64,000 bases of DNA from Dicyema japonicum. Lineage: Eukaryota; Animalia; Dicyemida. The stretch is from assembly GCA_011109175.1 (NCBI GenBank), contig RDEW01000001.1:2111485-2175484 (forward strand), read 5' to 3'. This document shows, piece by piece, positions 36,801-48,800 of this stretch. The translations under genes and the position numbers were made by a program. How positions within the stretch are numbered: position 1 is the stretch's first letter; each line of letters starts with the position of its first letter. Under the pieces are notes generated by a model. It did no database searches and was not told where the DNA came from. It was given only the letters and a program-made list of their open reading frames with translations.

Positions 36801-37105
36801 AAGCAGAGGAAGTAAAAAATGCTAAATATTCGGATATCAGCGACAGGTACATTTTCGCACCTGTCGCGATTGAAACTTCGGGGAACTTTGGCCCTAAAAC
36901 GCTGAAGTTCCTGAACCATTTGGGAAAACTACTAACTGACAAAACTGGTGATCTTCGTGAGACGAGATGGCTCAAGGAGAGGCTCTCGTTGGCTGTTGTC
37001 CGTGGGAATAGCTTGTGCATCTCCCAACAGCTGAATTAAAATTAAAATTAACTATTCTTTTTCTTTTTTCCTTATAATAAAATTATTAAAAAAAATAAAA
37101 AATAA
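33865..37105 (+). mobile_element. Near full-length CRE-clade retrotransposon: PHD finger - RT - CCHC - REL endonuclease
   Basis: PHD CEKC..MIACAAC.RWYHRSCV..WNCQPC; RT SGGGIDGLRPGHL, GVRPIAIG, QQGDPLGPLLF, WYLDDG; CKCG..HLLSC, RHSAMN, RRPDG, WDVTC, ERLSLAVVRGN; A-rich tail; possible TSD aaaataatca. Confidence 0.93.
35779..35944 (-). mobile_element. CRE 3' end inserted antisense within the CRE element
   Basis: Reverse complement reads KDPRETGWFRERISLAIVRGNSMAIQMP* plus tail. Flanks are ccaaagat / ccaaggat, and removal rejoins NCLSIP-R-LNYLLRT. Confidence 0.85.
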
Positions 37106-37159
37106 AAAATAATCATTTTTTATTATATATTAAATGACATTTACATTGGTTAACCATTA

Positions 37160-37345
37160 TTTACTCTTACAAAAAGACCTGGTCAAGATCAAAAAAATCT
37201 AATAAATGCCGACGACCTGGACAGCATGAGAGCCTTGGCTATGAACAGGGGAGCATGGAAAAGGATGACATCTAACCTTGTTTCTTTTGCTGCACATGCG
37301 GGGCTATAATTAATATGGCTCTCGTGAAGTGCTTAAATAATAATA
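37160..37345 (+). mobile_element. RTE 3'-terminal fragment with (TAA)n tail
   Basis: DDLDSMRALAMNRGAWKRM..; gtgcttaaataataataa tail, inside the hAT leader. Confidence 0.75.
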
Positions 37346-38539
37346 ACCATTATTTATTAATTTTTTAATAACGTGCGCATTAACGTGCTTATGGGTAAAT
37401 CAGTTCGTCGTTTTTATAAAGATACTTATTTGTCATTTGGATTTATATGCAAAGATATAAATAAACTACCTCAATGTCTAATTTGCATGGAAGTCTTGGC
37501 AAATGATGCTATGGTTGTTAGCAAACTAAAGAGACATTATACTTCTAAGCATCCGGACTATTCCGAAAAATCTGTGGATTATTTTATCCATTTGAAAAAA
37601 ACAACACTAGTATTATGAGTTTTTACTATGAATCATAGATCTAGTCAAATGATGTTCAGTGAAACTTTTGTAAACACAAAGGAATCATTGAAATGTTCAT
37701 ACCTGATCTCAGAATTGATAGCAAAACAACTAAAACCTATTATTTTCCAGACTTAGAAATTGAAAAATTCGATTGGGTTATTATTTTTTAGATACGAAAT
37801 CCTTTTCTTGTGTCAGAATTAAAACATTTATCTGTTAAAGAAAATGAAGAACTTATTGCACTGTTTAATGATCGATCCTTAAAATTAATGATGACTGAGT
37901 TAGACATTGGAGAATTCTGGATATATATTCGAAACATATATCTCAGTTTATCAAAACAAGCACTGACCATAATTTTACAGTTTTTAACGACCTATTTATG
38001 CGAAACAGGTTTTTCTACGCTGCATAATATGAAATATAACAAACGTGAAAGTTTGAGAAATATTGATGCTGAAATGCAGGTGGCTGTGTCAACTATTCGA
38101 CCTGATATTGATGATATATGCAAAAACAATAATAATTAAGATTTCATTTTTTATTAATAAAAATTTGGGCATTAAATTACCAATTTTTGTACTTAGCTTT
38201 ACACATCATAAAAAATTCAATTTTTTTATTTTTTAATGTGTGACGTGGATTTTTTTTACGATTAGTGGGCCGCGAGAATTATTTTTTGAAAAGCTCTGGT
38301 CTAGTAGAATAAGTTCATTCGACTTGTAATACGTTTCTTCCCCTTGAGGAGACTCCCTTGCAGTGCAATAGGTTCCTTCGTCTTTTAATATGGTCCTTGT
38401 AATGTGGATCTTCGCCTTGAAACTCCTTCGACTTGAGAACATGAAAGTAGCAACAGTGGCACCACCTCCACATCCCCCTTTTCACTACATAACCCTTGAT
38501 TTTCTGTTGAGTTGTTCGCAATATATATCACTATCGTTG

Positions 38540-38786
38540 TTCGCAATTCAAGGTTAAAGACGATTAATAGGATTAGATCAAAGATTGATGTCAGAAGGCC
38601 GGTTTATGATAAAAGAAAATTCAAGTTGGGACCACAAAATACAGCCGGTATTCGGAATAGAGGAGGTCCGGTATATCGAAGATGAAATAGCAGTAATGGC
38701 CTATGAGGTGAATCGGAACCAGAAGTTTAGTCCGGTTTTAAGGGAATTCCGTTATACCAAGGAGTCGGTTTAAATAGGTTTGACTG
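38540..38786 (+). mobile_element. pogo/Tigger-type terminal fragment
   Basis: Ends ggtttaaataggtttgactg (reverse complement cagtcaaacct..., Tigger-type TIR) with ccgg-rich subterminal repeats. Confidence 0.5.
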
Positions 38787-38787
38787 C

Positions 38788-39790
38788 ATTGCAATTGAAA
38801 ATGACAAAATATTTACCATGATGTTCTCAGACAATCAAAGTGAAACAAGAACTCCACAAGGCCGTGTTATGGGTAATCTTGTTAAATCAATGTTTAGTAT
38901 GCAAAGAATAATTTTTACATAACATTTTTCATGGGGATCGGACATGTGATAGTTCTAGTGGCCTCTTTAATTTCTTATGCTGTAAAATTCAGTAGATGGG
39001 TTAGTTTACGTTCAATATTATAGTTATCAAGGAAAAACAAGACAGAAGACTGCGAAGAAATAAATGTATTGGGTTTGTTCAATTTTAGTTTATTGAGAAG
39101 GATATTTAATTAGTTCATGGTGTCACAGTTTTTGGGTTATGGGTTTTGGCTAATTTTTGTTTAATCGTGTAGTATTAAGTAGCTAACCGATCCTAAAAGT
39201 GTTCTGATTTGCTATTAAACTAATATTTAGATTTGCTTCCATTTTCAAATCGGAATTTCATTCAATAAATGATGTTTGTGAATTTTTCTAAGAGACTCAA
39301 CACCTATTTTATCTGAAATTATTTATTTAGATGGTAGAAAACATGATTTCGTTGTTTTAACTGATACTCTATCTATGGCTCCGAAACAGAATGCAGACTT
39401 CTCGAAACAGTTAAGAGCATGAAAGCGTAATAAGTCAATTCTCTCCAAAAATTATTCCTGTTTAAACTACAATCTCTGTTTATTCGCAAGAGAAGTAACC
39501 TATAAGCAGTTGACATATTTGTCATCAATATTAAGACAATAATAACGAAAGTGAGTACTCATTGATGGAATAAATTAACTGAATTCAACTTTGTCTTTGA
39601 AAGTTCACTTATTATTCTATTAACATTCAATTATATTAGTTAGGTAGATAAGTAACCATCACTAACTTGTAGAAAAACAACGGCTATTAAGTAAGACGCA
39701 GTAGACGAACATTATACTCCACATCGTAGACAAGTTAGGTTTACCCGTATGTCCCTCGGGAGAGAGGATTCCGATCGATCTATTGATGGA
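38788..39790 (+). repeat. Local segmental duplicate of 44468-45070 (3' half of the membrane-protein gene and downstream DNA)
   Basis: 38788-39260 is near-identical to 44468-44940, including three tiny introns. 39655-39790 matches 44941-45070. An extra block of about 400 bp is at 39260-39655. Confidence 0.92.
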
Positions 39791-39799
39791 GGGGCGGCC

Positions 39800-40900
39800 G
39801 GCGTAATGTCAAAATGCAACTGAAAATGCTGATAACTTTGAGGACAAAAATAACTTGTGGATCACCAGATGATTTGCGCCAAATCACGTGCATGCCTATA
39901 TTATATAAATTGCTACTGTTAATTCCTAGCTTACTGATTATTTGGAAGCATTCGATTTCGTCTCTGACAATCAGATGGGACCGAAGGAGGAGGTATGTAT
40001 AAACCAGTGTATAATAATGAATATGGAATAATTTATTTGTATCTTGGATCGACCTTAGGTAACGAACATGATTTTCTGTGTCATGTATTGGAATGTTCGG
40101 GACTTCCAAATTGGATAAGAAATTTCGTGAAGAGTCTAACTACCAAATGGAGAGTTCTTCTAAACTTAAACATGAAGAGGATTGGGACAGTTGTATCGAA
40201 ACGTGGAATACTGCAGGGAGAATATGTCTCCCGAACTTTTAGGTTCAGTCATGGATCCTTAAGCAAAATTTTAAATAATAAATTTCCAAAATTGTATATA
40301 TCCCGGAGTAATTATCATTGATGCAGTATACAACCAATCACATTTTTATATTGATGATCTAAAAATATTTACTGAGAAGGCAGATACAATGGTGAAGATG
40401 ATAAATGAGATAGATGAGTATTTCAGTGTGGTTGGGCTTAAGAGGAGTTTTGAGAAGTCTTCCACTAATCTGAAATGTATGGAAGAGTTAAAATCTCTGG
40501 ATGGACATGAAGGCTATCATCGCGGAAAACGTGAAGAAGATTGTGAGATTGATACATACTAAGCTCAATACTACCTATTTAGAGCGAACGTCTGGGTTGT
40601 GTCCATTCTATTTGTCTCGACTGATTATCGCGTAAGGCTCTTCAGTCAAAGTCATACCTATTTTCTAACTTGGGACGGAGTCGCTTCTAAGGCTTATAAA
40701 TCTCACTTGGGAGCCATCGCAATAGATGCGCCTATCAGAACATACATCTAATCCGTGGTCCTTTAAAAAGACGTTGGAGAGCATGCTAGTAAAATATAAG
40801 TATGGGGTGCACAATATCGAAGAAGAGTTGGTTACAGCAACCAATCACCTTGTGGAGTTGGCAGTTCAGTCTTGAGTGAGGTGGAAATAGATGGGATTCA
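39800..40900 (+). mobile_element. Degenerate R4/Dong-like retrotransposon
   Basis: LRQITCMPILYKL, KRGILQG, NHIFYIDDLKIF, KKTLESML..ELVTATNHLVELA (homologous to 15554-17311). Confidence 0.8.
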
Positions 40901-41025
40901 GGTCACCTATTCAATTTCTAAGAGGAGAAAGGTTTAGAAGCGAGTAGTAATGTTCGATTCAACTGTGTTTTCCGTAAAAATAAAACTCTTTTTTGTCGAA
41001 ACGATTATTGATTTGAAACCAAATA

Positions 41026-42024
41026 CAGTCGATTTTCGCAAATTGGCCAATCTTTAAATTGGCCACAGTTTTTAATTTAATTTTTAATACAAATTGGAAA
41101 AAATTAAAAATTTTATTAACACATCGAATTTTACTTTAGGCTCGCTTACTTTTAATGAAAAAACTCAAATTAGTTTGTTGGTTAATGCACGTCCACGTTG
41201 CCAGTAAACAGTGTTTATGGTTTCGCTTGTGTCATGTTTTCGACTATTCTTACCGTTAGCCTTCTCCATCCCTTTCGTCGTCTTGCTCGCCTCCTGAGAT
41301 TGTTTGCACCCATCAAACGGCCCTCGATCACAGTATAATCCTCCGCTTGTGCCCTGGGAAGACAACCTCTTGGACGTCCTCTGAGTGTAGAAAATTCATT
41401 ATGGCCGAAAAATTCTTCCATGGCGGTATTGCAGGGTGTTTCTTCACCCATCCATAGAATATGTATAAAAAGGCGCCAAGGGGCTTCAAGTACGTTCAGA
41501 TTTATTGGTCCACAATCAGTCAGTCTGTATAATTTATTGCGGGCAGTGTAACGCAAAATCCTGGTCATTATTTGTGCTAAGAACCTCGCCAGACTACCGG
41601 GAGTGTATTTGAGTAATTCCCCTAGGAGTCCATCACATCCTGCAGCTCTGTTGTTGTCCATATAGTGGAATTCTTCTAGGACTTCCGAATGTGTTATTTC
41701 GTTGACAAGTTCCGCGGATTCCCAATAAATGTGGATGTATAGGTATCATCTGTTTTCTGAATGATGCCTTAATATCTACCAAGGCCCCATTTTTTTATTT
41801 AATAAAAATGAAAATTTTTTAGAAGATTCAAAAATAGTGAGAATCGAAAAAAGTAGATTAACTGACAGTTAAAATTAAATTTGATTAAAAAATTTAAATA
41901 CGTTCTTTTTGTTCAGTTGAAGCATTTAAAAACTTTTTGTTCATTGTTACTCAAAATAATTGATTTTATTTTTTTTCAAATTGTCCACAAAATTCTAAGA
42001 AACCAAACTCGCGAGGGTCGACTG
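41026..42024. mobile_element. Non-autonomous pogo-type element with TA TSD, carrying an RTE insertion
   Basis: TA+cagtcgattttcgc ... gcgagggtcgactg+TA (11 of 14 TIR match). Confidence 0.7.
41165..41760 (-). mobile_element. Internally deleted RTE (RT N-terminus fused to C-terminus)
   Basis: ORF 41215-41661: NNRAAGCDGLLGELLK joined in frame to W-RLFIHILWM..RGRPRGCLP..ARRRKGWRRL; the PQG/YADD core is absent. Confidence 0.8.
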
Positions 42025-42211
42025 TAGTGGCAGATTATTGACGGATGACATTCACCATGTGATGGGTAGCTCGTGCTGGAAATATTAAATCGTATAGAAA
42101 TTGTTATTAAAATCGAAGAATTGTTGACACGTTTTCCCAAATGATTATAATTCCAATTGATTAAATTCTACAACTGTGTCTATAAATATCAGGTTTCGTA
42201 AATTTATTAAA

Positions 42212-43522
42212 ATGTCTCCTCTGAAAAGTAAAGTGAGAGTATCTATGTTCGGGGATATTGCGGGGGTTGCCGAACTATTGAACAGTTCTATTAATTTTAA
42301 AATTTCAATTGGCAAACCTTATGTCAGAAGAGTACAAGTAGTTCCTCACAAATTTAATGGTCTTGGAATTGTTGTGAGAGGTGGGGCTAATTCTGATTTC
42401 CCGTTAATTGTGACTCAAATATTTAATGGGAGTGTGTTTTCTGAACAACTAAAAGTGGGAGATGCCATACTTACTGTTAATGGGATCAACATTGAGGAAA
42501 GCAGTCACAAAGATGCTGTATTTTGTATCAAATCGTGTAAAGACTATTTATGTCTTGAAGTGATGAATTTTGTTTATTTGAATTGTGATAAACGAGACAA
42601 GGTTATTAACAAACTATTTTGGGATTCAAATTTGACTGAATTAGAAAATTATGTCTTTATTAGAATATGCATATGTGACTGCAATGTTGAAAAAAATGAA
42701 AATTATTCTTTGACCTTAAAAACCCGTGATTACTCGAGAAGTTTGCAAATATCGTTTCCATCTAAGAAAATTTGTAAAACATGGAAACATGGAATCAGAT
42801 TTGAGGCAATGAAAGGAAATATTCATTCACGAATATCCTCATTTGAGTCCTCACAAGAGTTGATGGAAGGATCCTCGTTTTATGCCTTGACCTGGCTTTA
42901 CATGAAAGTAGTCTACTTTCGAAAAATACTGTGGAAGCCTTCTTTCATTGTAATCACTAAAAAGAATATATATATTAACAGAATACCAAAAAAGGGAGAA
43001 CCGTGGGAGAAGGCGACAGAATGGAATGGACTCTTATTTTGTAGGTTTATATTTTATTAAAATTAAGTTTGCATGGTCGTCAAATTTACCCAGCGAGAAT
43101 TACATTAAAACGACAATTTGATTTTGGGATCAAAAACACAGAATTTCTTTTGGTTGATCCTAAAGATAAGAATAAATTGGTTAATTCTTTCGAAATGGCA
43201 GTGACTGAAGCGATAGTATTGCATTCCTTATACAAGTGTGGTACTTTTTGTTAAAAGGATGTATTAGACACGTGGGTGAATGATAGGAGAGGTTGCTTAC
43301 TTTTCAGTAGAAGCAACGGAATAACCTTCAAAGTAAATAATTTGGTTTTGTGGAATTACAAATTCTCTGATATAAAAAAGTTTTCTCTAAAAAACAACAA
43401 ATTTCGTTTAAAATTTGAAAAGGGAATAAAAAATGTTATATTATAATTTATTTTAGATTGAAATGACAGATTCTTTTGCAATTCCACAATCAAGGCATTT
43501 TTTATTTATGCAAAAAATATGA
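42212..43522 (+). CDS. SNT: Syntrophin-like protein (split PH/PDZ, PH2, SU domain)
   Basis: PDZ GLGIVVRGG..LKVGDAILTVNG..HKDAV; PH2 WKPSFIVIT..W..LL; SU C|DTWVND..LWNYKF. Introns are 43045-43067 (23 nt), 43241-43267 (27 nt) and 43435-43456 (22 nt). Last exon frame and subfamily are uncertain. Confidence 0.85.
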
Positions 43523-43684
43523 GGTGGAACCAAACACAGTGGCTTTAATAGATTTTACATAAATCATCTTCCCTTATAAATTATTATTAACCTCTTCAGT
43601 CATTTACTTATACTGAATCGGTCGATTAATATCAAGTAGATGGAATTAATTGCACTAAATGCAAAATCTACAATTGTGTTTTTT

Positions 43685-43880
43685 GTGCGTTCGACTTGCC
43701 GTTGACACGTCTGGTTCCCTTGAGCCTGCTTTAATTCTTGAGTCGTCTAGGGAATCGGATTTCAAACATGATCAGGAGACCCCCGTAAGCGCTGCTGGTT
43801 ATTGAGCGAATCTCACTCGCCATCCTGAGAGAGAATAGGCAAAAAGTATGAGCATTTGCTCACTTTTTTCGCAATAAATT
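43685..43880 (+). mobile_element. CRE 3'-end fragment
   Basis: LAVDTSG and ERISLAILREN. Confidence 0.7.
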
Positions 43881-43929
43881 GTTAATGTTTATTATGAGCC
43901 TCGTGGCACTATTTGGTGCTGCAAGATTA

Positions 43930-44205
43930 ATTGGTTGAAGTATTCTGTTTGTTTCTCTGTTCCTCCTTTTTCTTCCTATTGAAGTGGCGTCATGTGATCA
44001 ACCTGTCTAGGTGGTGCCCAGTGTCTGGCTGGCACGATGAAGGATCATTTTCTCTCCCCCACTCCACTGGAGGGGTTTCCACAACTGCAACTATGGACGT
44101 CTTTTCCCTTTATGCTTATTCGGGATGGACTGTTTCTGTAGAAGTGGACACTTAATTAGTTGTTTACTTTAACTTCTCTTTCGGTGTATTCGGGGTTAAT
44201 AAATT
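43930..44205 (+). mobile_element. Probable LINE 3' end
   Basis: GC-rich block ending tctttcggtgtattcggggttaataaat, resembling the 3' motif of the I-group LINEs. Confidence 0.4.
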
Positions 44206-44316
44206 TTAATTATAATTTAAAAATAATTAAAGATATTTTTTATGGCAAAAATATTTCAGTGTTAAATTAATGGTTAACTATAAAATAAATAAATTGTTAG
44301 TCATTTATAGGTCATA

Positions 44317-44790
44317 ATGGTTTGGATTTGATATATTTATTTAGATTTTCCTACTTTTTTCATCTCTCATTCTTTCAAATAATCCAATCGACTTGGAAAT
44401 TTATTTTGGCAATAATGATGAACTCAACGGCTACAAGAAGGAATCTTTTCCTGTTGATGATCAAATTATTGCAATTGAAAATGACAAAATATTTAACCAT
44501 GATGTTCTCAGACAATCAAAAGTGAAACAAGAACTCCACAAGGCCGTGTTATGGGTAATTTTGTTAAATCAATGTTTAGTATGCAAAGAATAATTTTTAC
44601 ATAACATTTTTCATGGGATCGGACATGTGATAGTTCTAGTGGCCTCTTTAATTTCTTATGCTGCAAAATTCAGTAGATGGGTTAGTTTACGTTCAATATT
44701 ATAGTTATCAAGGAAAAACAAGACAGAAGACTGCGAAGAAATAAATGTATTGGGTTTGTTCAATTTTAGTTTATTGAGAAGGATATTTAA
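44317..44790 (+). CDS. Small single-pass (type I-like) membrane protein, 4 tiny introns, one apparent 1-nt deletion
   Basis: ATG|intron 44320-44344|IFLLFSSLILS (signal-like)...KAVLW|44555-44579|YAKNNFYITFFMGIGHVIVLVASLISYAAKFSRW|44681-44704|LSRKNKTEDCEEIN|44747-44769|FIEKDI*. The missing G at 44615-44617 is present in the duplicate near 38933. Confidence 0.7.
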
Positions 44791-45899
44791 TTAGTTCATG
44801 GTGTCACAGTTTTTGGGTTATGGGTTTTGGCTAATTTTTGTTTAATCGTGTAGTATTAAGTAGCTAACCGATCCTAAAAGTGTTCTGATTTGCTATTAAA
44901 CTAATATTTAGATTTGCTTCCATTTTCAAAACGGAATTTTCACTAACTTGTAGGAGACCAACGGCTATTAAGTAAGACGCAGTATACAAACATTATATTC
45001 CACATCGTAGACGAGTTAGGTTTACCCGTATGTCTCTCGGGAGAGAGGATTCCAATTGATCTATTGATGGCATAGTATTTTATTATCATCGACTCTTGAG
45101 ATGATTCTGTAGTAACATAATCGTGTATATGTTTCAAACGACCCCGGTCATTGGTGCTGGAAGGGTTGGGTGATAGAATTCGAGATTGGTCACTGGTTGT
45201 CATAGTAATTTTTCTTTTTTTCAAGGATTTGCATAGTGGATGGTCTGTAGGCTTGGAGAGGAATTCAGAGCTCTTATTTCCAAATGGTCTCCAATAGAAG
45301 GATTCGGTCAATCGATTCAATGATAGTCCATTTCAGAGGATTGTAATTGTTTAAACATCAGCGATATATATACCTAAAAACCCAAGAATCGTAACTGCTG
45401 GGACGATCGCGTCGATACTATTGAGGCAATCGAACATAAATTATGATGGCCTAGTTTGAGCATCCACAAGTGAGAGCGGTGCGCGGTTGATTACTCTTCC
45501 CTGTGTGGAGTTAAAGGATTTAACTCTCTCCTGACAGAGTTCTGGAAGGAACGATAGGCAAAGAGCGATAAACAAATTATTATGTAAACTGATCGATATT
45601 ATATACAATCAGACTTATATCACGAACAAAAGATTTGACACTTGTCCCGTGGAGAAGTGGGAAATACCTCACCTGAGACGCCACTTGAGTAGATGGTTTT
45701 TCCTTTTCAACCATACGATGACAGCCACTTTCCAAGGATCGTCCTCACGAATTCCTTACATGTCTAGGTAGGATCCAACTCCGTATCTCTTAATACCACC
45801 GAATTGTTGGAAAGTCTGTAAAGGAAGTGTGATATAATACTAGCACAAATACACCAAATATATTTATTAATATGCAGAAAGACACAAACAAATAATTAC

Positions 45900-48800
45900 T
45901 GTCGCTCATAATCACAAGACTCTTCAGTCTACTATAACATCAACAAAGTACCCAAAATGAGTTGTCTGTCTGTTCAACAAAACTTTGCCTCTTTGCGTTT
46001 GATCCCATCAATTGTTGTGGGTTTATCTTAACCAACAAAGGAGCTCCATAGTTCCTATCAGTATTATTCCGTTTAACAGACAAAATCAACGGACCCTTAG
46101 GATTCTTGTTTAAAGGAGATTGGTCCTCAATACGATTGAAGGATTCATTCGCCATAACTGCATATTATTAAGAGACAAACCATTAGTCATAGGTTTCATA
46201 GGTTCTTCCACACTCACTGGAGTATTAATCAGAATTGGTAGATTGTTAGATTCAGGGAAAGCAGGGAGTGCTGTAAAAGAACTGAGTCCAGATGTATTAG
46301 AAACCTCACGTTTTTCATCATTTTTAGCAGCTAAATATAAAACAGACGATAACCATCATTCCTCATCTCCTCAATTGCCAACTCAAACTTACGCTTTTGG
46401 GAGTCGCATGAGAATTTCATTTTGGAAGCATTTATCACATTGTAGTTTCCACCAGTCCTCACACACTCAATCAACTCATCTTCAACCAACATTTCGGTCT
46501 CGAGACGGTAAATCCTGAGTACCTCATAGACCTCCCCTGGATGTTTGTCAGCAGCGTGGTTGTTAGTACTATAGGCATCCCGAAACCGATTAAGACAGAT
46601 GGAACATTGAAATCGAAGAGAATAGTCAAAGTGAACTCCCAAATGCATTTTAAGATTGTGTAATTTGTGTGTTGTGTAAGTACATCGAATACATACAAAC
46701 AATACTTTCTTATCAGAAATAGGGCTACAAGTCGGTTTCACTTGTGGACTTTGCAATTTTGACTGCATTGACTTTTCATGTGAGAAAAAACTGAATTCAT
46801 TATCTCCCTGTCTTTGCACTTGTAGAGGCCCCATACAATCCATGAGACTTGAAAAACTTGTCAAAGTACCAATTGAGGATTCAGAACTCAATGGGGAACA
46901 ACCCAACAATTTCCTGAGTTCTCCCATGATCTGAACATCCTTGGTTGCCTCGTTCATATCATATCCGGAATGTTTGGCCACGTGACTGACAATCTCCTCC
47001 CAATTCCTTCCACTATAATCACATTGTTTGCAGTTAACAATATCAGCCTGTCCATGTTCCTTTACCAAATGTTTCATAACATCATGGGAGGAAGACTCAA
47101 TTTCATCACAAATTGGACATCGCCTTGTTACTTCCACTTTGGGACCACCTCGATTTCTTCTAAAGTTGAGGATTTCCTCTTCGTAGCCTGGAGGAAGGTA
47201 TTCTGGTTCAGGTGACTCGTCAGGAACACATTTATATCCACTTCTGTGCTTGACCACCTTGTAGTTCATATCAGCGGCACACATGCAGACAATTACCATA
47301 GCCTGAGCAGTGTCGTCAGTGGATAGAACTTGTTTAATGTAAGAGTGGGCCAAGTTCTTGTCAATCTTGTGTACTGTGTGCATATGTCTTATAGTATTAC
47401 TTCTACCAGAAAAGTCTGCATTGCATTTCACACATATAAATGGTTTAACACTCAAATGTCTGAAAACGTGGTGTTTCATTCTGTACACAACTTGACAGTC
47501 GTTCATGCTTACGGTGTATCGGTTACATTTTATACAGTTTAGTTCTACTTTTGTTGGGTTTGTCGACACACGTGGGGATGAAAATGACTCATGCTTCTGG
47601 ATTGAAGTTTCGATTTGACTCATATCAGCACATTTACTAGAATCTCCGAATAAAAATTCATAATAGGGGACAGAAAACATTGGCCACTGAAGTGTTTTGG
47701 CCTGAAGTCCTGGATGACTCTCCGTAAGGTGTTTACTCACATTGGAGGCTCTGATTCCGCGAGTGGGGCAAATTGGACAACGGAATGGGTAAATAAATAG
47801 ATGTACGGACAAAATATGACGAGTAATGTCAGCAGTTAATAAGGTCTTGTAGGAACAGTTGTTGCAACAGTAAGAATAACGGACTCCATCCTCATGTGCT
47901 TTTCTGGACCACATTTGACCAAATAGGGGACAATCTATACTCAGAGGACTACATCCTTTCAGTTCTTCCTTCCTTTCAGCAGATAAAGTCTCCAATCGGA
48001 TAAGAGCTTGTTTATGGAGTTCAATTCCCTCTGGTTTGACTCCACAGAGGGAGTAGAAATTTAGATTGTCCTCATTTATTGACTTGACTTGGTGGGAATT
48101 TCGATGTGTCAGGTTTCGACAGTCCTGTCTTATCTGAATGGCCACAAGGACATCATTGTTAGTCGAGAAAAAACAGGTAGTATCCACTAGAGAAAAGTAA
48201 TCAATATCCGCAGTCCCCTCGTGAATCTTATTGTGGTGGACCGCCAATCCAAACTCGTCTGAGCTCACAAAATCACATTTTCTGCATCTAAGACGCATTT
48301 TTGATCGATGAAGTCGACTTATGTGCCTCAGAACAACATCCCGGGATCGATTCGGAGCAATTTGTGAACAATAGCCACAACACCAAAGCTTCACACACTT
48401 CTGTGCCGTAGTTCCAGTTGTGGTTTCAATTCCCGTAGAAATAGTTAAATTCCCGTCCAAGTTATCAGGGAGTTCGAGGACCAATCGGGAATTTAGATTG
48501 ACTTCATTCAGACAATCACTGTGGGCTTGCGTATTGTGATCAAAGATCTCTCCCAATGTCATACGAGTTTGCATGCAGTAAATACACTTGAGATTCCAAA
48601 GATCTTCATGAGAGGCCATCATATGGTCCCTTATTAAATCGAAAGAATTCTCTGTTGTTTCACAATACTTGCACTTAAACTGGGATATACGACACTTCAA
48701 ATCTACTAATGTTATGAGGTTGGGTATACCTGTTACTGGAGGATCAGAAGATTCCAAAACAGAACATATCTTGTCACCAAAGTTGTTTACTGTGAGTTTA

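Larger units (their letters stand above)
33735..38298 (+). mobile_element. Complete-ended hAT (Buster/Charlie) element with perfect 8-bp TSD GTCTAGTA, carrying nested CRE and RTE
   Basis: TIRs cagaggttgtcaaa / rc cagagcttttcaaa; TSD 33727-33734 = 38299-38306. BED finger CLICMEVLAND..LKRHYTSKH (37373-37618); FLTTYLCETGFS dimerisation motif (37810-38139); catalytic core deleted. Confidence 0.95.

Noticed and set aside
46120-46518. 132-aa plus-strand ORF and other ORFs overlapping the zinc-finger gene
   Set aside because: Antisense to the zinc-finger exons; no independent motifs.
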